From Psammoneis japonica (lineage: Eukaryota), in NCBI GenBank assembly GCA_008632985.1, contig QPGO01000041.1, forward strand, positions 248,001 through 312,000: a stretch of DNA of 64,000 nucleotides. Direction: 5' to 3'. A program made the position numbers and the translations under genes. Under the pieces are notes generated by a model that ran no database searches, was not told the origin of the DNA, and worked only from the letters and a program-made list of their open reading frames with translations. Shown here piece after piece: positions 1-12,635 of this stretch; position 1 is the stretch's first letter, and the number at the start of each line of letters is the position of its first letter.

Positions 1-589
1 ATTCACGGCTCGTTTGTAACTGAGCTTGTTGCAAGTCATACAATTCTTGAGAAATGGATGGATCGACCGCCGCGGTGGCTGCAGCATTCTTGGGGGTAGT
101 AGTCGATGATGCAGTCTTGGAGGTAAATGTGCTTTGCTTGCGCAATTGCCGAGCCTTTTTCAATAGCTTGAGCAGTGCATCATTGTTGGGGTCCACCTGA
201 AGTCCCTGTTTGATGGTATTAATAGCAGCGTCGTATGTTTTCAATTCAAGCTGCGCCGTGGCGACACGGTAATACCCCTTGACAAAGGTAGGGTCGAGAC
301 GAATGCACTCCTTGGCGTCCTTCAGGGCTTGGTCCCAATTTTCTAATCCACCGTGCGACGCGCTGCGATTGGAATAAAACACGTGATTAGACGGATCCAA
401 CTGAATGGCCTTGGTGTAGTGTTCAATAGCTGATTCATAGTTTTTTGAGGCAAAGGCGGAGTTTCCGAGACTGAACAAAACGGGGAAAGATACACGGATG
501 AGATCATGAAGCATTCACATTCTTAGATTGCACAGAGGTTCCTATAGAAAGACTTACGCTTTGTACTCTTCCGCTGTGGTTGCGCTCAT
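1..589 (-). CDS. TPR-repeat co-chaperone (STI1/SGT-like), 3' end runs off the window; exons 589-558 and 470-<1
   Basis: Manual splice gives MSATTAEEYKA|LGNSAFASKNYESAIEHYTKAIQLDPSNHVFYSNRSA...KGYYRVATA, a classic TPR triad. GTAAGT donor and TTCAG acceptor, intron 471-557. Confidence 0.85.
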
Positions 590-824
590 GATACAGTATG
601 CTTGATGCTGTTCTGTTCTGTTCTGTGTTTATACGGATGTTAGTGGTGCTTTGAAACTCAAAAACTCGTTTGTCGCCTTCCGCCATGGCGCTCTCGAGCT
701 CTCGCTCGAAGCACCGCGCGCATCTCTCTACTGGACTTTTACACCCATTCGTTCACGAATAGGAGTAATTTTTAAAAACAATTTTTGCTCATAACCCAAT
801 TACGAGTTCCTCCCGCCAACAAAA

Positions 825-1029
825 TTGGGGGGCGTCTTTGGAAGTGAGATCGTCGAAGGCGGTCTGATCGCCAGTGCGTTTGGGGGTTTTCCCAGTACAT
901 TTTGTACGCGCAAGAAAACACGTAGGATCTGTCCAGAGGTCCAATACCCAATCGCACTGATTGACAGACTGTTTAGTACAATTCTACGTAACTTTCTTCG
1001 ACAGTCTCACTTCCGAAGACGTCCCCCAA
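825..1029. mobile_element. Putative MITE / ~34-bp inverted repeat pair in the divergent TPR-UTP18 intergenic region
   Basis: 825-858 TTGGGGGGCGTCTTTGGAAGTGAGATCGTCGAAG matches the reverse complement of 996-1029 (TTGGGGGACGTCTTCGGAAGTGAGACTGTCGAAG) with few mismatches. No clear TSD. Confidence 0.55.
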
Positions 1030-1134
1030 AATGCAAAAAAAGAATCCGTCAAAACTGCCGCAGCGCCTCAACGTTGCACGAGTAGCCCTTCATAAAACTT
1101 CTTGCCTTTCATATTCTATATTTCTCTCGCAACA

Positions 1135-2818
1135 ATGACATCTCCTCTTTTGTCCCAAGATAACACGCCAATGAGCAACAGTCGAAAGAAGCGGTTACGT
1201 GAGGAAATGGATGATTTGCAGGAAGAACGCCGACTAACGGCACTCTTGTTTGGAACAGCGTCGGAACCACCTGCTGATCGACTAGCGGAGCAAGAAGAAG
1301 AAGAAGAGGATGATACGCCTATTCATGAAAAATCTGACGAACAATTGTTCCAAATTGATGATGGATTGATGATGAAGTTGAAGAAGAGGTACACGAAAAC
1401 GAAAACGAAGATCATACAGAAATTGTCGAGAAAAGTAATACCTCAACAACAGCAGCCGCTTGGGTCGATGACGACGATGACAAGCAGCATGGTTTATTAG
1501 AGGTGGATCTCATGAACGGTCCGAGTCGTATTCGTAAGTTGCGTAAATTCAAAAACGAAACCACACCCCTCCAGGGAAACGAGTATGAAGAACGGTTACG
1601 TGATTTGTACGAAAAGACAACGTCACGGACGGCTAACACATCTTGGGCCAAAGTTGTTGTTCCGTCCACAACAACGACAGCTCCTGTAGCAGCAGCAACG
1701 ACAAAATCCATGCTGGCGTCGTATTCTACCAAACTCAAACCAAACTTACTGTCCGTCTTGCGATGTCCCGATGCCAATCAGTTGGATCCCAATTCGTCCG
1801 TGGTGCAAGCGGTACACTTTCATCCAGCGTCGGACGTGGAAGAACCGCTCTTGCTTACGGCGGGTCTCGATAAGACGTTGCGCTTTTTCAAAATTCATCC
1901 AAATGGACAACACGAGAAAATACATGGAATTCATTGTACGTAATAACTACAAATCATGGATAGAACAGTAGTGTGAACTGTGAGGGATCTCACGTACTGT
2001 TTTTCTTTTTTTTTTCTCTCTCTAACAGTCCCCAAACTCCCCATTTACAGTGCACGCTTTCTGGGTGATTCCAACAAGGTCATTGTCAGTGGCCGTCGTT
2101 CGTTTTATTACATTTACGACATGGACGTGGGTCATTTGGAGTGTGTCCGTTTGCAGGGTCGAGCCGAACGGTCCTTGGAAAAAATGACCACCTCGCCGGA
2201 CGGAGAATGGATTGCCTTTTGTGGCAATGACGGTTACGTCTTGTTGGTGCGTATATCAGCACCACACGTTGTGGTGGCCACCATGAAGCTGAATGGATCG
2301 TTGCGAGCGTTGAATTTTACAAGGGATTCGCAATTCCTCCATGCGAGCGGAAGTGATGGTCAAGTGTACACGTATGAATTAAAGAGCAGCGACAAGGAAT
2401 GTGTCAGTGTCTTTCAGAATGTCGATGGTACCATTACAAGTGCCATTGCATCCACACCTGGTATTGTGGCGGTGGGCGCAGAAAGTGGAGTTGTCAATTT
2501 GTACAATACCAAAACAGCAACAAAGCCAACGCTGATCAAGTCGATTATGAACATTCAAACATCCATTGATTTCATGACGACCAATCATGACGGACAAATT
2601 TTGGCGTTTGGGACGAAACGGGAGCGTCAAAACTCGTTAAAACTGCTGCATGTTGCCACGGCACTGTGTTTAGCAATTGGCCCACATCGAAAACGCCGTT
2701 GGGGCATGTTTGGTGTGTGGACTTTTCACCGTCGTCCCACTACGTGGCCATTGGCAATGACAAGGGCAAGTGTTTGCTGTACAAGCTATTGCATTATGCT
2801 TCCGAGAGTAGCAAATGA
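1135..2818 (+). CDS. UTP18: U3 snoRNA-associated protein 18 (WD40); intron 1936-2028; apparent frameshifts near 1363 and 2663
   Basis: Motifs AAWVDDDD, VQAVHFHP..LLLTAGLDKTLRFF, FPKLPIYSARF, VFSNWPTSKTPLG..DFSP..AIGNDKGK, assembled from adjacent frames. Confidence 0.85.
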
Positions 2819-2975
2819 AAACCTAAGATTTAGACGATGTAGCAGTAATTAAATATTCCAAGTACTTTGCCTCTAGAGCGGATGCTTGCTCGTAGGTAAC
2901 AATCGAGTAGTCTAATGCCAAGCGGAATCTAGTTTTAGGATTTTTTGTCACAACTGATTGAACCAGGATATTAAT

Positions 2976-3571
2976 TTACTCATCATCATCGGCAATACTC
3001 CGAGTGTAAATCATCTGAGCTCGTGACAAGAGCACAGGACGGATCTTTCCTTCTTCCGCCAATCCCCGCAAGGCACGGCGTGCAAGTCCACCGGATATTT
3101 TCAGCTTTTCCACAACCGTCGACACCGTAATGAGCTTCATTTTGGGAACCTCCGAATGGAGGCGGTCGTATTGTTCCTTGGAGAAGAGGACCTTGTTGTC
3201 CACCTGATCACGGGTCTTTCCCTTGGACCACTTCTTCTTCTTGCCCTTACCACCGGCCATGGCGGCGGCCATTTTCTGTTCCTTGGACTTTTGCTGGATT
3301 TTAGGCGGCTAGAGAAAAGAAAAAGAGAGGGATAAAAAGGAAGTTAGAAAAAATGACCGTAAAGCACACGCATCGAATACTGATAGAAGGATGAATAAAG
3401 TGCTGATAACCCAAAAAGCAACGACAACCATGGCATCATCATCAACTCTCGTCACCATGACATCTCTATGTCCATGGATTCTTTTCTTTTGTTCATGCAG
3501 CATTTGGAACATTACGTTACCGCTCTTATGAAATGCACAAACGATTGATTCATCTACGACGAACGCACCAT
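2976..3571 (-). CDS. RPS25: 40S ribosomal protein S25 (eS25); ATG-only first exon, intron 3309-3568
   Basis: M|PPKIQQKSKEQK...GGKGKKKKWSKGKTRD...LITVSTVVEKLKISGGLARRAL...QMIYTR. The start is inferred from ATG|GTGCGT. Confidence 0.93.
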
Positions 3572-3920
3572 GGTGGAAGACTCGTCTCTCTCTTGCAACA
3601 AACAACAGCCCAGAAAGGTTGTTGCGACAGCGCGTTCAGAGCACCGCTCAAGAAACATAGTAGGATTCAACATATTTCTACATGCGCATTTCTTCAGTAT
3701 ATTTTTACGCTACAATTTGTAAGTAACCGAGAAGAGGCTTTTCGCGCGAACAATCGCGCGCAAGGAATGGTGGGAGCAGTTTTCGACTCATTTTTCTTGC
3801 TTCGAAGAGATTCTGCATTCTGCATTATTTCTCGTTTCTCGCATCATTGCCAGCCGCTCTCTAGAGCTAGAGTAGAGTTGCAAGCCGTGTGCAGTGTTGC
3901 TCCCCTCATCGGCCTCAGTC

Positions 3921-4547
3921 ATGTCGTTGCAAGAAAACGGAGAAATTGAAAATCCCACAGAACAAGTGGGAAAAGAAACGGAAAACCCCACAAATAACAC
4001 TGTGGAAAAGGTGACGAACGATTTATCAAAATCGGCCTTGCAAGACAACATTGACAACAAGGGCAAGAACGCTTACTACTTTGCGCACGCCAACAAACCG
4101 ACAGGACCCAAATGGGACGGTAAACCCGAGCCTCGTCTCTTGGGTCGTCAGGCATCTTCGACGCTGGGCCAATCTCATCAGAGCAGTTTTGATGTGCACA
4201 AGTCCAACATTACCTCGTATGCCTTTTCGGACGAGGGAGCGCAAATCAAACTCTATGTAGAATTGCCCGAGGTGGGTACGAAATGTACAGACAAGGATGA
4301 TGTCAAGTTGGATTATACCAAGCGATCACTGTGTTTGAGTGTTGAAAATTATCAAGAAACAACTCGATACTTGGGCTTTGGTCGGCTTTCGGGAGCGATT
4401 GATTCAGCCACGTACAAGATAAAGACGAATCGAATCATTGTGACGCTCGTCAAGGTTGATCCGGAAGTGGAATGGAACACAATTAATGACAAGGGGAGCG
4501 ACAATAGTGGCAGTATGGATTTTCTGGAATCAGAAGAATTGGTGTAG
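3921..4547 (+). CDS. CS (p23/HSP20-like) domain co-chaperone
   Basis: KGKNAYYFAH motif, then ITSYAFSDEGAQIKLYVEL...RIIVTLVK..W, typical of a CS domain. Confidence 0.7.
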   Translation: MSLQENGEIENPTEQVGKETENPTNNTVEKVTNDLSKSALQDNIDNKGKNAYYFAHANKPTGPKWDGKPEPRLLGRQASSTLGQSHQSSFDVHKSNITSYAFSDEGAQIKLYVELPEVGTKCTDKDDVKLDYTKRSLCLSVENYQETTRYLGFGRLSGAIDSATYKIKTNRIIVTLVKVDPEVEWNTINDKGSDNSGSMDFLESEELV

Positions 4548-4762
4548 CACCACTTGTGTGAAATGGGTGTTTGGTGTTTGCGAATCACCTCTTAGAAAGA
4601 TTGAAGTTGCTGTAATGGGCGGAGGGTCAGAGGAAATCATCGGAACAAACAAGTAGCAAGTAAAATAGAAGAAAAGGAAACACTGTCTGACGGACTTTCA
4701 TGCAAAATAACAATGTTTAATTAAAATACCTACACAACGACACAACCGACGAGATCGCTTTG

Positions 4763-7591
4763 CTACGCGACTTTTCGTGCTTGGGTGAAAAGTATGGATC
4801 GAATTTTGCCAACTTCCCACAACACTCTCATCATTCCAACAGGCGTTACCCTTTGGACGACACCTTGGAGTATTCCTACATCTGCGAATTCACACTCGAC
4901 AATGTCACCAGCGGTAAATGTTGTATAGTAGGGACGAATGGCCGATTCTGAAACACGTTCCTCTATGCTGCCATCCGGATAGTGCAAATCGTACTCGTTC
5001 CATTTATCATGGACATGCTTAATCACGGCAGGATAGAATTCCCCTTCATTTTGGTAGTCTGCCATGACACTGTCTCCAATCGCATACGTGGGAATAGCAA
5101 CTTGAGACTTGTTCGAAAAGCTTGGTTTGACGCGGATATGAGAAGCGGCACGGAGCCAAGCCAATGTCGTGTCTTTAGCAGGAACCTGCTGCTTTCTAAC
5201 GACGGCGTAGGTTGGCATTACGTCTTCCTCAAATAGAAGCTTTTCCAAGTCATGAAGAAGCAACGGGGTGTACACTTGCTTCATTACCGTTTTCCATTCA
5301 AAACATATGCCATACACTTGTTGGGCAGCGCTGTCCTTCAAATGAGCATACGCTTTCTTCTTCACAATGTCGACTCCAGCGATCAGTGCCCTCCGCGTCT
5401 CTTCCAAACCAAAAGCGTCATCCATGGCCATCCAATCCCCGTTTCGGCTCTGTAAAAGAAAACGTCCATGCTCTACCTTGTTGACCAAATCAGAGATGAA
5501 GTCACCCCTCAAAGCTGGGGACGCGCGCTCCAATGCAGCGTAATCCTCGACCCTTTCCCCAACAAGCTTTCCCCAAAGCGAGTTGCCAGGATGGTAGTCA
5601 AGGAATTCATGGTGATGAGTGAGAAGCTCCTTATCGCCATAGCGTGTCCCAAAAAGGACATCACTCTTCACGGGCTTCGTGGTGGGTCCGTGTGGTTGGC
5701 TTTTGCTTGGGAGGCTCGGAACCATCTCAAACTGCTCATCAAACGGCGACTCCTCCAGCTTTCCCGATCGCGCGTAAGCAATCGATGGACAAGATGTATA
5801 CAACGAGAACAGCATGTATATCGTTACCAAGGAAAAGGTATACGAGAATGCCACTCGTGTCACGGAACGCCGGAGTCTCTGCCCCAATCTAGTGGACTTA
5901 TCCAGACAGACAGAAACTACCATGTACAACACAAGTCCTGCCAAAGAAGCAAATCCAAAACCAAGCACTATCCGATTCACCGTTTCCTCTAGAAATGGAA
6001 CCCACTTTGTGTACTCGTTGCCGCCCACAACGAGCCTACCTACCAACGTTCGACGTATGCGTTCGAGCGTCTTCTCCAAGTCATGATCACTGAATCCAGA
6101 CTCTTCACTGGAGACACGACATGCCATTTCGCTTAGATAATCCCATCCATATTTTTGACCTTTGCTCGATAGGCGAGCTAGCCGCCGATACTTGTTCAAC
6201 CCCATCATGTACTTTTCAGGCTCTTGCGCATCCGCCAGGGTAAAATCCCAAGTGTCCCAACGAAGGCTGTAGCTGCTACCAAAGGAAATCCTGCGACGAT
6301 CAAAACCTGTCTTGTCGGAAGGACGGGGACGAGGCGAGAGGGTCAGAATCAGCATGACGCGCTCCGAGCCCATGGCTGGTTCCTCGTGCGCTGGACCACG
6401 ATGCCACGACGCCAAGTTCATCAACAGACCATCACCAGCCTGCCAAACTTCATTTTCTGGTTGTGTTTTAGTCATTTGACTATTGCTAAACTTGAATCCG
6501 TGATCATTACAGGTTCCCTGCATGTCAAAGTTGGCGCAGAAATGTAGTCCGGGGCAGATTCCTATGCATTTTGGCAACATGAAAGGCGAGTAAGCAAGAG
6601 GTCCCCAGAGAAGAATGATAACAATAATAATGCGCCCGAGTCACTCTCACTCACCGGTTGCTCCCATAGCCGCAGTTGTGTTCTGAAGAGCAACGAAAAG
6701 GCTGTACATTGGCACAAATGATCGAGCATGGTTCGTGGAGCTCGCCGAACTACGCGAGTCCTGATGCCAGTGCTGATCTCCTGCTCCATACGCAGACGTA
6801 ATGGCGGTCAGTTCAACAATTGCCGGTTCGGGGCCCATGATTGCGTCCATGACGGGTCTCCACGTGGGATGGGTAGCAACCTCTTTTAAAAATGCTGCAA
6901 TGGTCGGATCATCCGAAGGAGCCATTAAAAAGCTCCACCGGTTTTTCTGGGAAATGAGCCAAATGGCCTCGTCTTTGGTCAAGGCTGCATTCCTTCGTAG
7001 TACGTACTCTCTCAAGTTGGCAGCAGTTTCTTGTGACACGATGTTTCTGTACACGGACTGTCCGTGAATCATCATGTGCTTGTTGGCCTCTTGTGGATCG
7101 ACATCCATGGGCAACACAAGATCAGCGCCGTCGGTGGTGGATAAGTCTGTTTCGTCACAATCTCGGTAGTAATAGGTAAACTCTGAATTCGTTCGTTCCT
7201 CCGTCCATTCGGTTGCCTTCATCAATGGTGTAAAATAGGTTTCGTACAAATTCTGCAAACAACACGATAGCAGAAAACAGACAAATATAATAGCCAATGG
7301 CACGTCCAAGAAAAGAAATCGCAACGCGCTGATGCCTGATGTTTTTGTAGTGCTGCGTTCTGATCGATGCACCTTATTGGCGGGAGCAGGGAGGTCCGGA
7401 GTACGGGTGAAGAAACGCGCTTCACGCTCGTTAAAAGTAATGCTGTCGTTAGAGTCATCAGAGGTAGCTGCATGGAGAGATATGTCTTCGTCAAAGGTGT
7501 GGGTGACACACGGGGCGGCGTCCGTGAACGCCGTTGTTGCGTCCTTTGTGTCCGGGTCGATCCGGTCGCTGATGTTGTTGAGAGACGCCAT
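4763..7591 (-). CDS. Multidomain membrane protein: PhyH-type 2OG/Fe(II) dioxygenase, TM helices, DUF6824-like segment, C-terminal Tudor/Agenet-like domain; intron 6562-6654
   Basis: ITSAYGAGDQHWHQD (HxD) and WHRGPAH..RVML; DVLFG...HPGN...GRFL; IGDSVMADYQNEGEFYPAVI...YDLHYPDG. A GTGAGT/TAG intron joins the two ORFs in frame. Confidence 0.75.
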
Positions 7592-7879
7592 GATACTTGT
7601 AGTACGACTACTAGAGTATGTTAAAAGATGTTGCTGGTTGATGATTCCAAGAGAAGGATAGAAGGTTCAACCAGCATCCGGCATCACCTTGCACCTTTCC
7701 TCGTTGAAAATTTGAAAGATATTTTCAGTGAAATTCCAAATTTTTCTCGGAGCTGGTAAAATCGTATTGTACGTTATAAGTAGAAGTAGTTTATTAGCAT
7801 CTGTAGTTGTACATACACAGAAACTTCGTCGGTCATTACCGGTACCCTACATAAGTAAGACTCTCAACGGCTGTTGCCG

Positions 7880-10370
7880 GCACAGCAAGTCCGATGCATG
7901 TCATTGTCAGATAGATGATGATTGGAGAAAATCTCCCTTCAACGAACACTGTCATTTTGCTTGAGGGACTCAAAAAATGCGGTGTGTGCCATGGTGGGAA
8001 AACAGTCACTTGTGGGCAACCAAAAGTTGCACGTGGAAAAGACACGAAAAAGACCCAATTTTGAGATGATGAGAGTTGGCCCACTCTGGACTTGGTGCAA
8101 AAGAGTTTTGTCTTTTGCAAACAGTCCTGAGCACAAGCTTTTGTTGTGAGCAGAAACAAAAATCAAAAGCTGCTGTTTCCAAGTGGGCAGCAGTTTGGCC
8201 TGTCGTGCTGCATGCCTTTGGGTTCAGCAATGGCTGATTTTCAATGTGGCTGGGGGACAGTGACGGAGCTCTCAAAGTGTGTCTGTGGGCACACGTCCAC
8301 TCTGGGAAAAGAGAGGCATGGGTGCTGGCCGCTTGAATTTGTGCTGCTCCTTTTGCTGCAGGCTGAGATGATGCTGTTGTTGGTGGCAGTGCTGCCACCC
8401 AGCTGCAGAAATGACGAGATTGACCAGTGCACTTGGGCGTGTGCAAACAAAATGGTGCTGGGTGCAAAAGGTGCAAAGGTCAAAATTTGCTCAGAGCAGC
8501 AACACTGTTGTGATTTTCAGCTCTCAAAGAGTGTCTGCTGAAAGACCTCTGAATCTGAGGGGCAGCCAGAAATGACCCAGCCAACAGTGACACACTGGTG
8601 CAAGAAAGGAAGCAGCGAGGAAAGGATGAGAGGTTTTGATGAAAACAGCAGTGAGCACACCCTGCCACAACAAAAAAGACAACAATCAAGTGGAGAGTCA
8701 AGAAGCTGTGCAAAGAGAGAGATGCAGGCAGTTTGCCCATCTGTGGTTTGGGGCAATCAACAAAAACCAGCTTTGCTTTGCAAAAGTGCACCTCAGTTTT
8801 TGCTGTGTTTTGCCAGTGCAACAGCAACTGCAGGAGAGATGAAAGCTTTTGCACATCTGCGCAATGTGCACATTGGTGCCCGCTGCCTCAGCACTGTGAA
8901 CCAACTTGCTGCTCTTGCACCCTCACTCTTTTTTTTTTTTGCAAAGCCACTTTGCAACACTTGGCTCCAAACACATTTCAGCACTTTTGTTGTTTTGCAA
9001 CAAACTCCATGCATTTTAACACACATTGGCTGCACTTTCCACCCCTTGCCAAGGCTGTGCACTCTTGTGACATGTCTGTTTCTGCACATGGCAGCAACCT
9101 CAATGAAAAGGAATTGACCAGCCATGGTGCCAAGTTGTGGCTTTGCCCCCAAACATGACGAGGTTGACACTCCTTCCCCAAAACAATTTGGTTCACAAAC
9201 CCAACTTTGTGATGTCTTTAAATTTTTCAAGTGGCTTTGGCCCTGTGCTGCTTGCCCCAAGGCTCAGGAGTGTTGCTGCCACTCAAACCTTGAAAAAAAA
9301 GTTTGCCAAGCTCACGAAATGGAGGTCTCCTTCTTTGCTCAATTTCTGGCACCTGTCGCAACTTTGTTGAGGTGCCCAAGGTTCCAAGGTGTTCAAAGGT
9401 CAAACACACTCACAAGAGAAATGAAGTTGTTGACACAAATTGTTTGTGGCACCACAGCCCGCATGAAAATGAAATGAGTGGTGTGGTGGTGGCAGAAAAA
9501 ATGAGGCTTTCACTCATTTCATTTCACTTGATTCTTTCATTTTTGTCAGCTGCAGCTGCAGAAACTGTCAAAGAACAAATTCAAATGGACTTGCAAAAAA
9601 GGCACATGAGCAAGCAATTGGGAAAAGAGCTGATGTTCCTTGTGCCAAATCACAAGAGCCAGCATGTGATGTTGCAAGTTAGCTGAAATTGCATCTGCAT
9701 GAGAAAGTGTTGACTCCAATTGTTTGTGATGAAGATGCTCAAAAAATGTGAGCTGGGTGCATGATTTGATTGAGAATTGGAGTTTTCTTCTCATGTCAAA
9801 GGACATTGGCATGATCATCTGCTTTGCCGTTGGCTTTGACACCATCATGAGTGTGGGTGCAGGGACCCTTGCTGGAGGTCAACAACAGATGGCAGGAGAG
9901 AGTTGCAAGTTGTGGAAAAAATGCCTCTGACAGATTGGCTTGCGCCCATCACAGATGAAGCCAAAAATGAGAATCCATGATTTGAGCAATGTGCACCACT
10001 TCAACCATTCTGCATCCAAGCATTCAGAACAAACAGCTTTGCATGGTTGGGGTCAAGGGTTTGGGTCAGGGGCCAGGGAGTGAAACTTTTGGCAAAACTC
10101 CAGTTTGGGATGACATTTAACGCAGGTGTGACTGAGCAAGATTCCATCTAAAAAGTTAATCTGTGACATGACCAAGTCAATCTGTGAGGAGTTGGTGCCC
10201 GCAAGTTGCAAGCAGGTTGCACTGGGGCATGGAGAGAGGTGGAGGGGTCAAACTGTCAAGAGCAGATGTCTTCACGAAGTGCACTTTATAATTGGTTCAC
10301 AAAACTGTTTCTTATGCAGTGCCCCCATGGAGACTCAGCTTGTTTGTTGTGCTCACCGCGAACAGGTGCG
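7880..10370. other. Hypermutated block 1 (CpG- and TpA-depleted, TG/CA-rich decayed sequence)
   Basis: Abrupt loss of TA and CG dinucleotides; overlapping Cys/His/Gln-rich spurious ORFs in all frames. Boundaries approximate. Confidence 0.8.
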
Positions 10371-10468
10371 TGCTGTTGTCCGAAATGGTGAATAAAATAG
10401 ACGGAATATAAAAAACAACAACATTCTTTCTTACATCTTCGCTCACAACCGCGACGACACATTCAAGT

Positions 10469-12157
10469 CTATTTCTTTTTAGCGTATTCAGCCAATATAT
10501 CCTCCACGAGTTCAAAGAATGGCGCAACGGTCTCGGCATCAACACGTTCGTCTGGCGAATGCGCACCGGTGATGGTTGGTCCAAAGCTAATCACGTCCAC
10601 GTCATCACCGAGCTTTTCAATCAAGAGGCCACATTCCAAGCCAGCATGAACCGCATTGACACCGGGTGGACGATTTATCTTTTCAGCCAAGAGGCGCTTG
10701 GAAATGTTGAGAATGGTGGATTTTGGATTGGGATTCCAACCGGGATAGGCCTCGGATTGTTCCACCGACCCGCCAGCGAGAAGCGAAATAGCCTTTATTT
10801 TGTTTCGAGTGTCTTGCAGAGCCGTTCCAATTGATGACCGCGAGGAACATAGAACCAATGCAGAGTCTGAGTCAACAGAAACCGAGGCGAGATTGTTTGA
10901 TGTTTCAACCAGGCCGGGCAAGGCATGGGAATATTTGATTGGACCGTGTGGGAGAGCGAGAAGCGTGGATAACAGCCTCCTAGTAGACGACTCGTTTAGT
11001 GGGCTGGGATGTTTGGCAATTTCTCTGCTCGCGTCCTTGGTAGAAATGCTCAATCCTTTCTCGAGTAGACCAAACTCATCAACTGCCGCTTTTGCAGATG
11101 CACGAACTGACTTCTCCACAAGGTCTTTTGCGTTAGATTCGACAGCAAGAATGGCGGACGCCTCCCTGGGAATGGCATTGTGCTTGTCCCCACCATAAAT
11201 CGAGACGAGAGCGGAATTTCCTGACGCAGCCTCTAGAGCACGCTGAGTGGCTGCTGCACACAAAATAACCGCGTTGGCTCGTCCCTCGTGAATGTTGAGC
11301 CCACTGTGCCCACCCATGAGTCCCTCGACACGAATTTCAACAATGTCATAAGAAATATTGTCAGACAATACCGCTTCATCACGCTGCAGTGGTATTGAAA
11401 GGGTAGAATCGCCACCTCCCGCACAGCCCACAAAGAGGTCCCCAAACTCCTCCATGTCTAAATTAAGCATGGATCTTCCCGTGAGTCCCAGTGCCTTGGC
11501 GTCCAGCTTGGCCGCTCCATGTAATCCGGTCTCCTCGTCCACTGTAAACAAGGCCTCAATCGGGGGCAACGGTGCATCCTTGTTTGTCGTTCCAAGTATA
11601 GCCAACGCTGCCGCCACTCCCAATCCATTGTCTGCTCCTAGCGTAGTGCCTCTAGCCCCAATCCATGTCCGTCCATCCTTTTCGTCTTTTATCCTCCTTA
11701 ACAATATCGGATCGGTATCAAAGTTGTGAGTCGTGTCTTGATTCTTTTCCGTCACCATGTCCACATGTCCCTGTAAAATCACGGGTGGAGCGTCTTTGCC
11801 AACGCCGGAACCGGGTCGAAACACGCACACATTGCCCGCCGCGTCTTGCTTCCAATCCAGATTCAACGAGTCGGCAAATCCCGTAATGTACGACAGCACG
11901 GCTTGTTCTTTTTTCGATGGACGGGGTATCGAAGACAGGGCGGCAAAGTGCGACCATAGTTCGACGGGTTTTAATCCCTCAATGGCTTCTGCCGTCTCGG
12001 TGGGTATAATCGGTGGGTTGGTCTGAAAGCAGGCAGCAGCAGCAGCAGATGATGCAGCCAAGGCACTGCAACATCGGCTGTGATGATAACTGGTAGTAGT
12101 AAAGAACAGTGCTGGGGCTGCTACTAGCGAGCGAAGAGCTTGGCGGGGAATCATCAT
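10469..12157 (-). CDS. pepD: Aminoacyl-histidine dipeptidase (peptidase M20C, PepD) with N-terminal targeting extension
   Basis: IPRPSKKE, LQGHVDMV, TTLGADNG, DEETGL, GGHSG, HAGLECG, HSPDER motifs. Confidence 0.92.
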   Translation of the reverse strand: MMIPRQALRSLVAAPALFFTTTSYHHSRCCSALAASSAAAAACFQTNPPIIPTETAEAIEGLKPVELWSHFAALSSIPRPSKKEQAVLSYITGFADSLNLDWKQDAAGNVCVFRPGSGVGKDAPPVILQGHVDMVTEKNQDTTHNFDTDPILLRRIKDEKDGRTWIGARGTTLGADNGLGVAAALAILGTTNKDAPLPPIEALFTVDEETGLHGAAKLDAKALGLTGRSMLNLDMEEFGDLFVGCAGGGDSTLSIPLQRDEAVLSDNISYDIVEIRVEGLMGGHSGLNIHEGRANAVILCAAATQRALEAASGNSALVSIYGGDKHNAIPREASAILAVESNAKDLVEKSVRASAKAAVDEFGLLEKGLSISTKDASREIAKHPSPLNESSTRRLLSTLLALPHGPIKYSHALPGLVETSNNLASVSVDSDSALVLCSSRSSIGTALQDTRNKIKAISLLAGGSVEQSEAYPGWNPNPKSTILNISKRLLAEKINRPPGVNAVHAGLECGLLIEKLGDDVDVISFGPTITGAHSPDERVDAETVAPFFELVEDILAEYAKKK

Positions 12158-12635
12158 CTCCGTGATTTAACCGAATAATCAATCGTCTGCAGCGCTATAC
12201 GTGCGGGGCAGAGTCAACTTTTTTAAAATACAAGTCGACACCACTGTACACCGAAAACCGAGAAGAAGCCGAAATGCAGTTTCAACATGCCCGACGAAAC
12301 TGTTTGTTTTTCGAAGGAGACGCCTTCTCACTGACCTTCTTGTACCGTAGTTTCAAAGTTGCTCTGACCGGTCTGAGCTCTGACTCACTCGATGCCGACA
12401 CCGCGATCTGTGTGTGTCCTTCAATTTCCTTTTCAAAGTTCTTTCATTTTATTAGTATTCTTTATTCAAAGGGCCTTCTAAAGCTTAGTTATTTCTCTCA
12501 GGTAGGTTCGGAGGGAATTTCACTCCCGAGTCGGGTTTTTGACAAGACTGAAAAAGCAAGATCCAGATCGAAGAAGATCGCGATGCCGCGGTAGGCCATC
12601 GCTGCATATCCTCGCTTCCCATCTGATGTCTACCT

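Noticed and set aside
3309..3568. Intronic C/D snoRNA in the long RPS25 intron
   Set aside because: A C-box-like TGATGA is present but there is no downstream CTGA D box or terminal stem.
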